Below the pieces are notes generated by a model, which was not told where the DNA came from, did not search any database, and saw nothing but the letters and a program-made list of their open reading frames with translations. This document shows positions 20,434 to 29,725 of a stretch of DNA of 64,000 bases, in pieces; position 1 is the first letter of the stretch, and each line of letters starts with the position of its first letter. Source of the DNA: an uncultured Verrucomicrobiae bacterium (GTDB lineage: Bacteria; Verrucomicrobiota; Verrucomicrobiia; Chthoniobacterales; UBA10450); the NCBI GenBank assembly GCA_963756875.1, contig CAVWPA010000003.1, forward strand, positions 384,001-448,000, given 5' to 3'. A program made the translations under genes and the position numbers.

Positions 20434-21803
20434 ACCGTTTTCGAAAAGCGATCCTGCTTTCGCAATGGCAGATACGCGTCGAAACGCATGGCAATGTTTC
20501 GAATGAGCAGCCGGCCCAGGTCGGTCACGATCAAGCCGTTGGGAGTTTTGATCACCAATCCGTCGGCCTCGAGGTCGTCCAGAGAATCTAACTCGGCTGA
20601 GAAATAATCCGCGAAATCGAGATCGAGCGCCGCGGACATTGCCGCGTAGTCCAACTCCAGGTCGCACATCAGACGCATGATGGTTTGCCGGCGAACACGG
20701 TCGTCGGCGGTAAGGACGTAGCCTTTGGTCACCGGAAGTTTTCCTTCGTCGAGCGCCGCGTAATAAGCGGGCAATTCCTTGAGGTTCTGCCAATACAAGC
20801 CGTCGGTCTGGGAGATGGAGGACATGCCAAACGCGTAGATGTCCGTGCCGGCGCGCGTGCTGTAGCCCTGGAAATTTCGCTGCAAGGTCTTTTGCCGTTG
20901 CGCCTCGGCAAGCTCGTCCCCGGTCCGCGCGAAATGATCCATCCCGATGTAAACGTAGTCTTCGGAGGTCAGCTTTTCGATGGTGAGCTTGAGCAGTTCC
21001 AGTTTCGTCTCCGGCGACGGCAATGCTTCCGCTTGCAGAATTCGTTGGGCCGGCTTCATCCAGGGCACGTGCGCATAATTGAAAACGGCGAAGCGATCGG
21101 GCCGAAGCTCGAGCACTTCATCCAAAGTTCTGGCGAACGAGCCGGGCGTTTGGCAGGGCAGCCCGTAAATCAAATCGATATTAAGGGAAGAGAAGCCCGC
21201 GTCGCGGATCCAATCGACGACCGTTTTTGTCAGCGCGAACGGCTGAATCCGATGAACGGATTGTTGCACGACCGGGTCGTTGTCCTGCACACCAATGGAG
21301 GCGCGGTTAAATCCAATTTCGCGCAACGCGCTCAAATGTTCGCGGGTCAATTCGCGCGGATCGATTTCCACCGCGGCCTCGGCGTCCGGCGCGAGCGCGA
21401 ACCGGGAATGGATCATCTTTCCGAGCGCGCGAATTTCATCCGGCTTCAAAAAAGTGGGCGTGCCGCCGCCAAAATGGAGTTGAACAACTTTTCGCTTTGG
21501 ATTCAGCAGCGGCGCGATCAAAGCCAGTTCTTTTTCGAGATAATCCAGATACTTCGCGCTCTGGCCCTGTTGCGTTGTGATTACCGTGGTGCAGCCGCAA
21601 TACCAGCAAAGGGAACGGCAAAACGGCAGATGAAAATAAAGCGAAAGATCCCGTTCGGTTTGGTTATTTTCGCGGACCTTGCCCAGCAAGGTGTCGGTGG
21701 AGAAATGTCCGGCGAATTGCGTTGCCGGCGGATACGATGTGTAGCGCGGGCCCGGTACATTATATTTTTTAATGAGTTCGAGATCGACGTGCATTGGATT
21801 CAT
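20430..21803 (-). CDS. hemN: Oxygen-independent coproporphyrinogen III oxidase
   Basis: GPRYTSYPPA, HLPFCRSLCWYCGC radical SAM motif, GMDHFA, RNFQGYS. Confidence 0.95.
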   Translation of the reverse strand: MNPMHVDLELIKKYNVPGPRYTSYPPATQFAGHFSTDTLLGKVRENNQTERDLSLYFHLPFCRSLCWYCGCTTVITTQQGQSAKYLDYLEKELALIAPLLNPKRKVVQLHFGGGTPTFLKPDEIRALGKMIHSRFALAPDAEAAVEIDPRELTREHLSALREIGFNRASIGVQDNDPVVQQSVHRIQPFALTKTVVDWIRDAGFSSLNIDLIYGLPCQTPGSFARTLDEVLELRPDRFAVFNYAHVPWMKPAQRILQAEALPSPETKLELLKLTIEKLTSEDYVYIGMDHFARTGDELAEAQRQKTLQRNFQGYSTRAGTDIYAFGMSSISQTDGLYWQNLKELPAYYAALDEGKLPVTKGYVLTADDRVRRQTIMRLMCDLELDYAAMSAALDLDFADYFSAELDSLDDLEADGLVIKTPNGLIVTDLGRLLIRNIAMRFDAYLPLRKQDRFSKTV

Positions 21804-22915
21804 TGAAAGTTCCGGACCGTGGCAACGAGGCTTTCAATGCATTCCAGTCTGGCGGTCGGCGGCACGCCATGGCCAAGATTAAAGATGTAACCATTGCGTC
21901 CGCGCATTTCGGAAAGCAGACGTCTCGTCGCCACGGCGGTTTCTCCCGGCGTGGTGTTCACCAATAAAGATGGATTCAAATTGCCTTGAATACCGACGTT
22001 GTTCGGCAGGCGGTGGCGCAGATCGCCGAGGCGGACGTTCCAATCGACGCTCAGCACATTGGCGCCGCTGGCTACCAGCTCAGTCCAGCTGGAATTCGCG
22101 CCCTTGGAAAAGACGATCACCGGCACCTGGCCGGCGAGATTGGCAATGATTCGCCCGATCCAACGGCCGGAAAGCGCATCGAAGTATCTCGCAGGCGCGA
22201 AACCGCCGTGGCTGTCGAAGATCTGGATGGCGTCGACCCCGGCGTCGATTTGCATTTGGAGGAACATCGTCACGGCCTCGGTCAGTTTTTCGCAGAGGGA
22301 ATCGAAGAGGCCGCGATCGGTGCAAAATAGTTCGTAGCCTTTGGTGTGATAGGTCGCGCTGCCGCCTTCCAACATGAAATTGGCCAGCGTCCACGGTGAC
22401 CCCGCGAAACCGAGCAACGCTGTCCGGCCCCGGAGCGCATTCTTGATCAGCGGCAACGCTTCCGCCACGTACTGGAGACGTTCAACGACGGCGTTTGTTG
22501 CCAGCCGATTAATTTCCTCGGCCGTGCGCAAATTGAATTCCATTCGAATCCCGCCGCTGTCGCGAAACTGGTATCCCTGGCCCAGCGCTTCGGACACAAC
22601 AAGAATGTCGCTAAACAAAATGGCCGCATCGAAACCGAAGCGCCGGATTGGCTGCAGAGTCACTTCGGTTGCCAGTTCCGGCGTCCGAACCAGTTCGAGG
22701 AAGGAGAATTTTTCCTTTAATGCGCGGTACTCCGGCAGAACGCGGCCAGCCTGTCGCATCAACCAGACCGGCGGATGATCGACAGGGCGGCCAAGGCAGG
22801 CGTTCCGGAATCGCTCACGATTGGTCAGTCCGGGGCCGCCAGTCTCTTGGGAATCGCCGTCTCGACTTCGCGCGTTCTTCGTGCGCGACGGTGGCTGGAT
22901 CGCTATGGGATGCAT
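21800..22915 (-). CDS. hemE: Uroporphyrinogen decarboxylase
   Basis: PVWLMRQAGR.LPEY, DAAILFSDIL, FNLGHG. Confidence 0.95.
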   Translation of the reverse strand: MHPIAIQPPSRTKNARSRDGDSQETGGPGLTNRERFRNACLGRPVDHPPVWLMRQAGRVLPEYRALKEKFSFLELVRTPELATEVTLQPIRRFGFDAAILFSDILVVSEALGQGYQFRDSGGIRMEFNLRTAEEINRLATNAVVERLQYVAEALPLIKNALRGRTALLGFAGSPWTLANFMLEGGSATYHTKGYELFCTDRGLFDSLCEKLTEAVTMFLQMQIDAGVDAIQIFDSHGGFAPARYFDALSGRWIGRIIANLAGQVPVIVFSKGANSSWTELVASGANVLSVDWNVRLGDLRHRLPNNVGIQGNLNPSLLVNTTPGETAVATRRLLSEMRGRNGYIFNLGHGVPPTARLECIESLVATVRNFQ

Positions 22916-22967
22916 CGAAATTCTGCGTTGAGGCTAAACGCTTCTACGGTGTTTTGATTTGCCGTTT

Positions 22968-22993
22968 TTGCGGAATGTTGGGCGTTTCTTGCG
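22968..22993 (-). promoter_or_regulatory. 26-bp motif upstream of hemE operon
   Basis: CGCAAGAAACGCCCAACATTCCGCAA (one mismatch, position 16); -10-like TAGCCT 32 nt downstream. Confidence 0.65.
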
Positions 22994-23030
22994 CCTTGCG
23001 CCGCCGCTTCCGTTCACCCCAGGAGCCGGG

Positions 23031-25460
23031 TTATTGCTCCTGCACGTACGCCCGAATCGCTTCGAATTGACTGGCGCCGTCCAAACCGGCCTCAGTCATC
23101 ACCATTCCCCCGGGGCCGCTTCCGAGAAAATGTCCGTGCCGGAACGGATGGAGCGAATGCTTACGGCCATAATCGGAACGCACCCAGCGCGTCATGGTTG
23201 CGAACGTGAAATCGGTAATGCCCATCGCTTTCTGTTGATGCGACTCCGGGAAAATCCGTTCGCGCTCGACCGCCGGTAACATGTCGAACAACTCGGACGA
23301 CACGACGACGTAGACATTGAGATCGAGTTTGGCCCGATCGATCAGCGGCAGCGTTTGGGTCAGGAACGCATTGGTAACGCCGGTGCCCTGCAAAACAATT
23401 GTCTGTTGTGACCGGCCGCGCGCGCCGCGCAACCGGTAGATACCCTGCGCAGCCGCAGTCACCGGCGGCAGTCCCAGCGCAGCGCGATCGAGAATCATTT
23501 CCGGTGGACGGGTGACAAACGGCGCGATGATCGCCGGGCGCTTTGCGAGCGCAGTCGAAACGAGAAACCAGATCTCCTGCGGGTCCCATGGCGTCAGCGT
23601 GATCATTGTGCCGAGAGGAAAATTATCCTGAAGCAACTGCAACGATTGCGGATCGGCGTGAGTCGGGCCGTCCTCGCCGGTTTTCAAGCCGGCATGCGCG
23701 CAAACCAGGAAGAACGGGCGGAAGGAGCCGCCTTCCAGCGCCACGCGCGCCTGGTTGCCGATCGCGTGGAGTCGCGCGGCAATGTGACCGAGCGGCGCGC
23801 TGAACGCGCCGTACGACGCCCCGGCGCCAATGTGCGTGCCGAATGCGCTGATGCCCGAGAGCATCGCCATCATTGCGTCTTCACAAATTCCGCCAATGGC
23901 GAGTTCTCGCGCACGGGGATTGGTGTGGCGATTGTAAAAGCCATTAGGGAACTGGTCGTTCGCCTTGTTAATGCTTGTCGACCCGAGCAGGTCGGCCGCG
24001 GCCACGACGAACGCGCCGCCGGTCGTGACGTTGTAATGATTTAACACCCGGCCCAGTTGCTCCCGCAACGTCGCCTTCGTGCCGGGTTTGAGCGCCAGCT
24101 CGGGTGGAGGCGGTGCGTCGCCGGCGCCCTGCGCGACGACGTAGGTGACATCAATAAATGGCCGATCCGGCGAGGGTTTGCGTTCCCGAATATTCAGCCG
24201 GGTCTGCGCCGCGCGCAGTTGCGCAGCCAGCGCATCAACCGTCGACCGCCGTTCTTCCAGCGCCTGGCGAATGATGCTTAGCGTTTTCCAATAACATTCT
24301 TCAACGATTGTTGCGTCCGTGCCGCCGTTGCAGCGTTGTTTGTCAGCGTCGCAGCACGGCAGGTGGACTTCGTTCTTCGGAAGCAACGGCGCGACCGCCG
24401 CGAAGAATCCGCTGGAACAAAGAGCGTGCCCGCCCCCATGGGAAGCGCGTCCTTCGATCCCATATTGCCAGCCTTTGACCGTGCGATAAACAATCGCGGT
24501 TGGTTGACCGGTGTGAAGATCCAGCGCCAGCCGTTGCGCGGCTGTGATTTGCTGCCAATCGAAACCATCCGGCACGAAGATCACGTTCCAATCGTGCAAA
24601 TAAGCCAGCTCGGCCGGTGTCCATTGCACATATTCACCCGGCGTTTCGCCATCCCGGCAGACGCGGTTGGAATCGATGGAGGCCTGGTTCCAGTCGACGT
24701 GGAGAATGACGTTATCAAGCGACGCCGTCCCGGCCGCGGCGAAGGCCTCCGCTACCCGGCCGGGGGTCATTCCGCCCTCCCCCTCTATAATATGTACGTG
24801 CGGGGCGTCCTCCCCGTAAAAGTCGGCCGCCGCCCACCCCAATCCGCACGAGGCGGGGACACCGACGCCGGACGCACCCGTGGAGAGGCGTACAAAAGGA
24901 GTGGCCGGCGTCGGATGTCCGTCCAGCGGTTTTGCGCGGAACTTTTTGAACAACGGAGTCGTGGAAACGGGGTTGCGCCGAAAACCGAGCAGATCTTCGA
25001 GTCGCAATTGGAATTTCTCGTTGGCCGGCAACAGATCGGGTGCGGCGATCCGTGCGATCTCGTTTCGCAACGCCCACATCGCATAAAGGCCGAGCGCTTT
25101 GTGCCCGGCGGCATAGGAAATAATGTCGGCATCGTTCCGGTTCGGCTTTGACAGATCGTAATCCATTATGTCGAACAGCAATCGCGCGACGAACCGGCCG
25201 GAGGAAATCGAGCCGCCGGGATGCCCGGACATCGGGACGTAATTGAACATCACGGCGCAGAGTGTGCGGTAAAGGAGATCGAACGTTTCGCAATGCGCGA
25301 CTGTCGCTGCATTGAGAGGGGCTCCGGCTTCGGCGACGTAATCGGCGGCGTTAATAAAAACGCCACGACGTGGACCGAACGACATGATCTGCCGCCGGGA
25401 ATCTGTTTCAATCGGCTTTTGAGGACGGGCCGGCTTTGTTTGTATGGAATCGAGGTTCAT
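23031..25460 (-). CDS. Divergent transketolase-like ThDP enzyme
   Basis: GHPGGS, GHP, STGASG.G, GEG..N ThDP-like motif, GICE, HAGLKTGEDGPTH. Confidence 0.8.
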   Translation of the reverse strand: MNLDSIQTKPARPQKPIETDSRRQIMSFGPRRGVFINAADYVAEAGAPLNAATVAHCETFDLLYRTLCAVMFNYVPMSGHPGGSISSGRFVARLLFDIMDYDLSKPNRNDADIISYAAGHKALGLYAMWALRNEIARIAAPDLLPANEKFQLRLEDLLGFRRNPVSTTPLFKKFRAKPLDGHPTPATPFVRLSTGASGVGVPASCGLGWAAADFYGEDAPHVHIIEGEGGMTPGRVAEAFAAAGTASLDNVILHVDWNQASIDSNRVCRDGETPGEYVQWTPAELAYLHDWNVIFVPDGFDWQQITAAQRLALDLHTGQPTAIVYRTVKGWQYGIEGRASHGGGHALCSSGFFAAVAPLLPKNEVHLPCCDADKQRCNGGTDATIVEECYWKTLSIIRQALEERRSTVDALAAQLRAAQTRLNIRERKPSPDRPFIDVTYVVAQGAGDAPPPPELALKPGTKATLREQLGRVLNHYNVTTGGAFVVAAADLLGSTSINKANDQFPNGFYNRHTNPRARELAIGGICEDAMMAMLSGISAFGTHIGAGASYGAFSAPLGHIAARLHAIGNQARVALEGGSFRPFFLVCAHAGLKTGEDGPTHADPQSLQLLQDNFPLGTMITLTPWDPQEIWFLVSTALAKRPAIIAPFVTRPPEMILDRAALGLPPVTAAAQGIYRLRGARGRSQQTIVLQGTGVTNAFLTQTLPLIDRAKLDLNVYVVVSSELFDMLPAVERERIFPESHQQKAMGITDFTFATMTRWVRSDYGRKHSLHPFRHGHFLGSGPGGMVMTEAGLDGASQFEAIRAYVQEQ

Positions 25461-25618
25461 CTGTTATCTCCAGGTTGACGAGCGAACCGCAGCGAGCGTG
25501 ACACGGAGCGTATAGCCATCGGCTCGGGAACGGTGTCTCTGTAAGATTTTCGGGCGACACGCCGCGCCACGATCATGTTAAATTGAAACGCCACTCGCAC
25601 AGTGGCGCTCTCCGTCTC

Positions 25619-25644
25619 TTGACAATCACTGGTCAAATCTTGCT
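25619..25644 (-). promoter_or_regulatory. 26-bp motif upstream of transketolase-like gene
   Basis: AGCAAGATTTGACCAGTGATTGTCAA; 22/26 identical to the site at 11628. Confidence 0.7.
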
Positions 25645-25666
25645 GGCTTCCCGGCGGTGGCTGCAA

Positions 25667-25693
25667 AACTTGACTGCTTAAAGCAGTCAAGTT
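25667..25693. repeat. 27-bp palindrome (terminator or operator)
   Basis: AACTTGACTGCTT-A-AAGCAGTCAAGTT, perfect 13-bp arms. Confidence 0.6.
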
Positions 25694-25736
25694 GCATAGC
25701 GATTGTCAATGACTACCGGGAAACGATCCGGCCGCG

Positions 25737-26594
25737 TCAGCTCCTGTTCGTTAGGCTGGAAAGAACCAGGCGGCGGGCGATTTCGCGCAGGTAACTTCGG
25801 CCGCGACGCGCGTTTGCCATGGTCACGGCTGGATCATTGTTGCCGGCCATCTCAAGAATCAATGCCCCGCGAAAGCGGGCCTCGATCAGGTCGCTCATGA
25901 ATTTCTGCCAATCGATTTTTCCGTCCCCGGGCGGCCAGTGATTATCTTCTCTTCCGGCATTGTCATGTGCGTGAATCATGCGCAAATGGCCGGCGAGTTT
26001 ATGCACAAGGCTGTGCATGTCACCGGCGAGAAAGGCGTGACCGGTATCGAGACAGACGCCGACCTCGGCGGTGTTGATCCCGTCCAGGATCCACAGGATA
26101 TCGCTCGTATTTCCGAAGAGCAGATGCGGCAATTTGTTTTCGAGCACGCACATAATGCCAAGTTCCCGGCAATGTCGCGCGACCTGGTTCAAGGAATCGA
26201 CCACGTGTTGCATGTGCGGCAGTTGTTCGACTTGCGGTATGGCAGCGGGATTTTCCGGCCCGGGATGAAGCACAAAGTAGTGCACGCGCAAAAGTGCGGC
26301 TGCTTCCGCCGCCTGAAAAATTTCCGCAACAGACGCCGTCCGCTGCGCCGGATCGGAAGAGGCAATGTCGATGTCGGGGGCGAACGGAGCGTGGAATGAG
26401 TAGGCCTCCATGCCGAGTTCGTTGATTCGCTCCGCCGCGCGCTTCACCGATTTCAAATCACGAAAGTGAAGGTGCTCGGGTGTGGAGCAGATCTCGATCA
26501 TGCTGAAGCCGCTCTCGCGGATCAGCGGCAGACATTCAAGAATGCTTTGATGATAGAAGCAGCCGGTTGAAAGGCCGATGGGCCAGCTTGTCAT
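25737..26594 (-). CDS. Xylose isomerase-like TIM barrel (sugar-phosphate isomerase/epimerase, AP endonuclease 2 family)
   Basis: HAPF, VLHPG, LEN, DTGH, HAHDN, H.PPGDG.IDW, LE metal-binding pattern. Confidence 0.85.
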   Translation of the reverse strand: MTSWPIGLSTGCFYHQSILECLPLIRESGFSMIEICSTPEHLHFRDLKSVKRAAERINELGMEAYSFHAPFAPDIDIASSDPAQRTASVAEIFQAAEAAALLRVHYFVLHPGPENPAAIPQVEQLPHMQHVVDSLNQVARHCRELGIMCVLENKLPHLLFGNTSDILWILDGINTAEVGVCLDTGHAFLAGDMHSLVHKLAGHLRMIHAHDNAGREDNHWPPGDGKIDWQKFMSDLIEARFRGALILEMAGNNDPAVTMANARRGRSYLREIARRLVLSSLTNRS

Positions 26595-27993
26595 GCGCTC
26601 TCCTTTCCATGGCCGATTTTCTGAAATCTCGAAGGTCCATTCCGCATTCTGCGACGGTGCAGGTCCCCTGTTCCTGGGCCGAAACGCAATTGAAATCGAC
26701 CAGGTCGTCCGTGCCGTCGACGAATAGACCGGTGAAAACACGTGTGTAAAAATCGGCGCGCGTAGCCGGATCGACATCAACGAATTGCGTCCAGTTGAAG
26801 TCGCGTTGGTATTTCGAACAAATCAAGCCGGCGATGTGGCGCGGATGCCAACCGAGCGCAAGCATCACGCGGACAACCTGGCGAATGAATGTCGGCCGCA
26901 GCAGCATATCGTTCGGCTGCTCGAGCGCGGCGCGCACACAGGCCGGAAGAATTTCCAAAGGTTCCCGGTCGTAGGTCTCGGGCCAAAGTTCTGCCGGATG
27001 CTGCTCCTGCGAATAGAACCATGCGTGGACCTTTGCCAGCTTCGACTTCTGGTAATCGGCCAGCAATTTGCCGGTGCCACGCGCGCTGTCAGGAATTCTG
27101 GTTGAGCTGCGCGCCGCCAGTTCACCCGCCAACACAGGATCACGCATCGTGGAAATTCCCTGTCGCCAATCGATTCCCTGCAATGGAATCACGAAAACCG
27201 GTTGCAAATTATCGAGAAGCTTGGAAGCGAAGGCCCACGGTTGTTGCCATGGCTTGAGGTAAACACTGAATGGCACCCGGAGCATGCGCGAATGCAGGGG
27301 ATCGCCATATTCCGAAATATCGATGGAGATCATCTCCCGCCCGTGTCTGGAGGGGCCAACCTCGATTGCTGTCAGTTCCACGGGAATCTTTGTAAGCGGT
27401 GCTGCGATTCGTTTCACCCGGTGCGCCAGAAACTCCATCACCAGACCAAGGCCGGCGAAGGCGCGGGCGAGTTCGGCCGGCACCGCGCGAATGTTCGGCG
27501 AATGAAGTTCGGCCTCGAGCGCCCACAAGCTCGGCGGCCCGCGCCCGATCTCGGACAGCTTTTTGAACTCGGCCGAGTCCCGGTCGATGCGCCAGACGAA
27601 GTGATGCCCGCGTCCGCTCAGATCGTGCAACGCCTGGATCCCGTATTCATTCAGGAGTCGTTCAATCACTTCTTCGATCGGTTGCTGGATCGCAAAGACG
27701 CGCTCCGGTTCGACAAAAGCCTCCGCCGGATGGTCGAAGTTGACGTATTCAATGTCGAAATCCGCGATCAATGCCCTGCCGTCCCAGAGCGAACGGCAGA
27801 TCTCAAAACCTCCGGCTAAAAGGGAATCCAGCGCCTGCCCCGAATGCAGCTTGAAGGAAAGCGCGTCCGCGCCACTGGCAGTGAGAAATTCGCAGGAGGT
27901 ATCACTTCCGGCCGTCGCTCCGATGAACTCGCGGATGCGGACGCGAACATTCTGATCGCGGTAGTAATGGGTACGTTTCTCAATTGCAGTCAT
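26536..27993 (-). CDS. Putative archaeo-eukaryotic primase (AEP) superfamily protein with Cys-rich C-terminal domain
   Basis: IADFDIE (motif I), SGRGHH (motif II), ID...RMLRVPFS (motif III); C-terminal LPAC...NC(7)C(4)C. Confidence 0.6.
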   Translation of the reverse strand: MTAIEKRTHYYRDQNVRVRIREFIGATAGSDTSCEFLTASGADALSFKLHSGQALDSLLAGGFEICRSLWDGRALIADFDIEYVNFDHPAEAFVEPERVFAIQQPIEEVIERLLNEYGIQALHDLSGRGHHFVWRIDRDSAEFKKLSEIGRGPPSLWALEAELHSPNIRAVPAELARAFAGLGLVMEFLAHRVKRIAAPLTKIPVELTAIEVGPSRHGREMISIDISEYGDPLHSRMLRVPFSVYLKPWQQPWAFASKLLDNLQPVFVIPLQGIDWRQGISTMRDPVLAGELAARSSTRIPDSARGTGKLLADYQKSKLAKVHAWFYSQEQHPAELWPETYDREPLEILPACVRAALEQPNDMLLRPTFIRQVVRVMLALGWHPRHIAGLICSKYQRDFNWTQFVDVDPATRADFYTRVFTGLFVDGTDDLVDFNCVSAQEQGTCTVAECGMDLRDFRKSAMERRAHDKLAHRPFNRLLLSSKHS

Positions 27994-28057
27994 GCAGGGT
28001 TCTCGTGCCTTTGCGGCATGAACATATAACCAGGCACTTTCCCCGCCTAACCAGCGG

Positions 28058-28083
28058 TTGTCTTTTGCTGCGCAAATGTTGTG
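28058..28083 (-). promoter_or_regulatory. 26-bp motif upstream of AEP-like gene
   Basis: CACAACATTTGCGCAGCAAAAGACAA; -10-like TATGTT 32 nt downstream. Confidence 0.65.
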
Positions 28084-28348
28084 CGCGACGTGGCATCGGC
28101 ATCCCTTGGCGCGCCGAAGCGTTCGCGCGAAGGCGGCTGCTGATTCTGTTTGCGTGGGGTCCGGGCAACTATCCCTTGCGATAAAACGCCCTTTTGACCA
28201 GTGCAGCGGTGCGGCGCTCCGATCCGGTCCGATTTTCTCCGAATCTGGCGAGGCGCGGGGCCGGCTCATCAGTTGTTAATCCGGCGCCGGCTGTCTCGAG
28301 CTGATCCAACGAAGTGGTTCTTTGATCGCTCGACATCAGGATGTGGCG

Positions 28349-28903
28349 TTATTCCTGTGCGTTTCGCTTTCGCACTTCCACGTGCATTCGGCTCATTTTC
28401 TCAAATAAATGTCCCCGTCGCCGAAGCGGCCACCATTCGTACAGGAAGATCTGCATCGGCCGCCACATTGCCACCCAGCCGGCGATGGTCAGGCTTTCAC
28501 GAAACACGATCGACAAAGTTCCTTCATTTCGACGCAACAGGAGCTGGCTAATCAAAAGGCAGAGGCCGAGAAACACCAGGCCGATGATTAAACTGGTCCG
28601 CCCTTCCTTAAGCAGATGGCGGAATTCGAGCCGGTTCAGCTTCGCACGGTACGCAAAGTAGTTGTGAATGGCGACTTCAACCAGGTCCTGGGCGTCGCCA
28701 TGCGGCGGGAGTTCATTCACCTGGACCAGCAACGAAATCGGATCCTTTTTCGGAAATTCCCGCGCCCAACTGACGATGAATTCCTCCGCGTCGTGATCCA
28801 GATCCTTCTCGTGAAATGGAGAGGGATCCATCGAATTAAAGAGCTGCTCGATTCGGTCGACAAAGATTTCGATTCGATGCCGCGGCCTTTTATGCGATTT
28901 CAA
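28349..28903 (-). CDS. Conserved hypothetical membrane protein
   Basis: QLFNSMDPSPF.EKDLD..AEEFI N-domain plus two TM helices; TTG start overlaps the upstream TGA. Confidence 0.7.
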   Translation of the reverse strand: MKSHKRPRHRIEIFVDRIEQLFNSMDPSPFHEKDLDHDAEEFIVSWAREFPKKDPISLLVQVNELPPHGDAQDLVEVAIHNYFAYRAKLNRLEFRHLLKEGRTSLIIGLVFLGLCLLISQLLLRRNEGTLSIVFRESLTIAGWVAMWRPMQIFLYEWWPLRRRGHLFEKMSRMHVEVRKRNAQE

Positions 28904-29718
28904 TTTGACGATTCGTTCAGGCGCTCGGACGAAATGTTGACGAGTTCCCTGCAAATCGAACCGATCTCCCGAACCGTTTGTTCCGTCGGGGGCCCGTTCT
29001 CACTTTGCATCAAGCCGCGAATTCTCCGTATCCCTTCCAGCATTTTCGCGACGATCGGACGGTCCTTTCTTTTGCTCCTCATTCCGAGAAGCTGTTTTTC
29101 CAGGTGATCGAGCAAAGCTGGCTGCCGAACGAGCTCGGCGCGCTCGGGGGAGTAATTCTGGAGCACAAGAGTGCAGAGCGCTTCAGTGCCGCGCAGCCAA
29201 CCGGCGAGGCTCACCAACTGCGAGAGCGGTTCGCTTTTGAGCTTGATCATTCCCTTTTCGAGATCCGAAAGCACACCGTCCCATTCCTTACGCGCCGCGG
29301 CCCACTTACCACGGTCGGCAGAATCCATGATGCTTCGGCTGCGTCTGAGAGCGCTCTTCTCCACCCCGAGTGCTCGCGCCAGAATCAGCACATCGTCGCC
29401 GACCTTGTTCACTTCGACCGAATCTTCTGCTTCCATCGCGATAAACCCTTCGGCCACGACGGCGCCCAGCAGGAGCGCGATCTGGACCTGATCGCCATGC
29501 GATCTCCAGCGGATCAGCTCCGGACGTTGCACTGCCCGCCAGTTGGCGTCACTGAATTTGTCCAGAGAATTGAATATCTCTTTGGGTACCGGCACCAGAA
29601 TGCCTTTTACCGGCCTGGCTTGGGAAGGAAGCGACGGGCTCTTTTTGGGAGGCGCTTCAGCCGAGGCCCGGACCGCCAGGGCAACAACAAAACAAAGGCA
29701 AATTTTTAGTGTCGACAC
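28900..29718 (-). CDS. Secreted helical hypothetical protein
   Basis: Signal peptide (LCFVVALAVRASA) in ORF 28900..29853; GTG start inferred just after the upstream stop. Confidence 0.6.
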   Translation of the reverse strand: MSTLKICLCFVVALAVRASAEAPPKKSPSLPSQARPVKGILVPVPKEIFNSLDKFSDANWRAVQRPELIRWRSHGDQVQIALLLGAVVAEGFIAMEAEDSVEVNKVGDDVLILARALGVEKSALRRSRSIMDSADRGKWAAARKEWDGVLSDLEKGMIKLKSEPLSQLVSLAGWLRGTEALCTLVLQNYSPERAELVRQPALLDHLEKQLLGMRSKRKDRPIVAKMLEGIRRIRGLMQSENGPPTEQTVREIGSICRELVNISSERLNESSN

Positions 29719-29725
29719 AATGGAT

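Noticed and set aside
19009..20793. 594-aa extended HemY ORF
   Set aside because: The extension overlaps hemN in another frame; the real start is the ATG at 20433.
25457..25690. 77-aa ORF upstream of the transketolase-like gene
   Set aside because: Runs through the palindrome and the promoter motif; no protein features.
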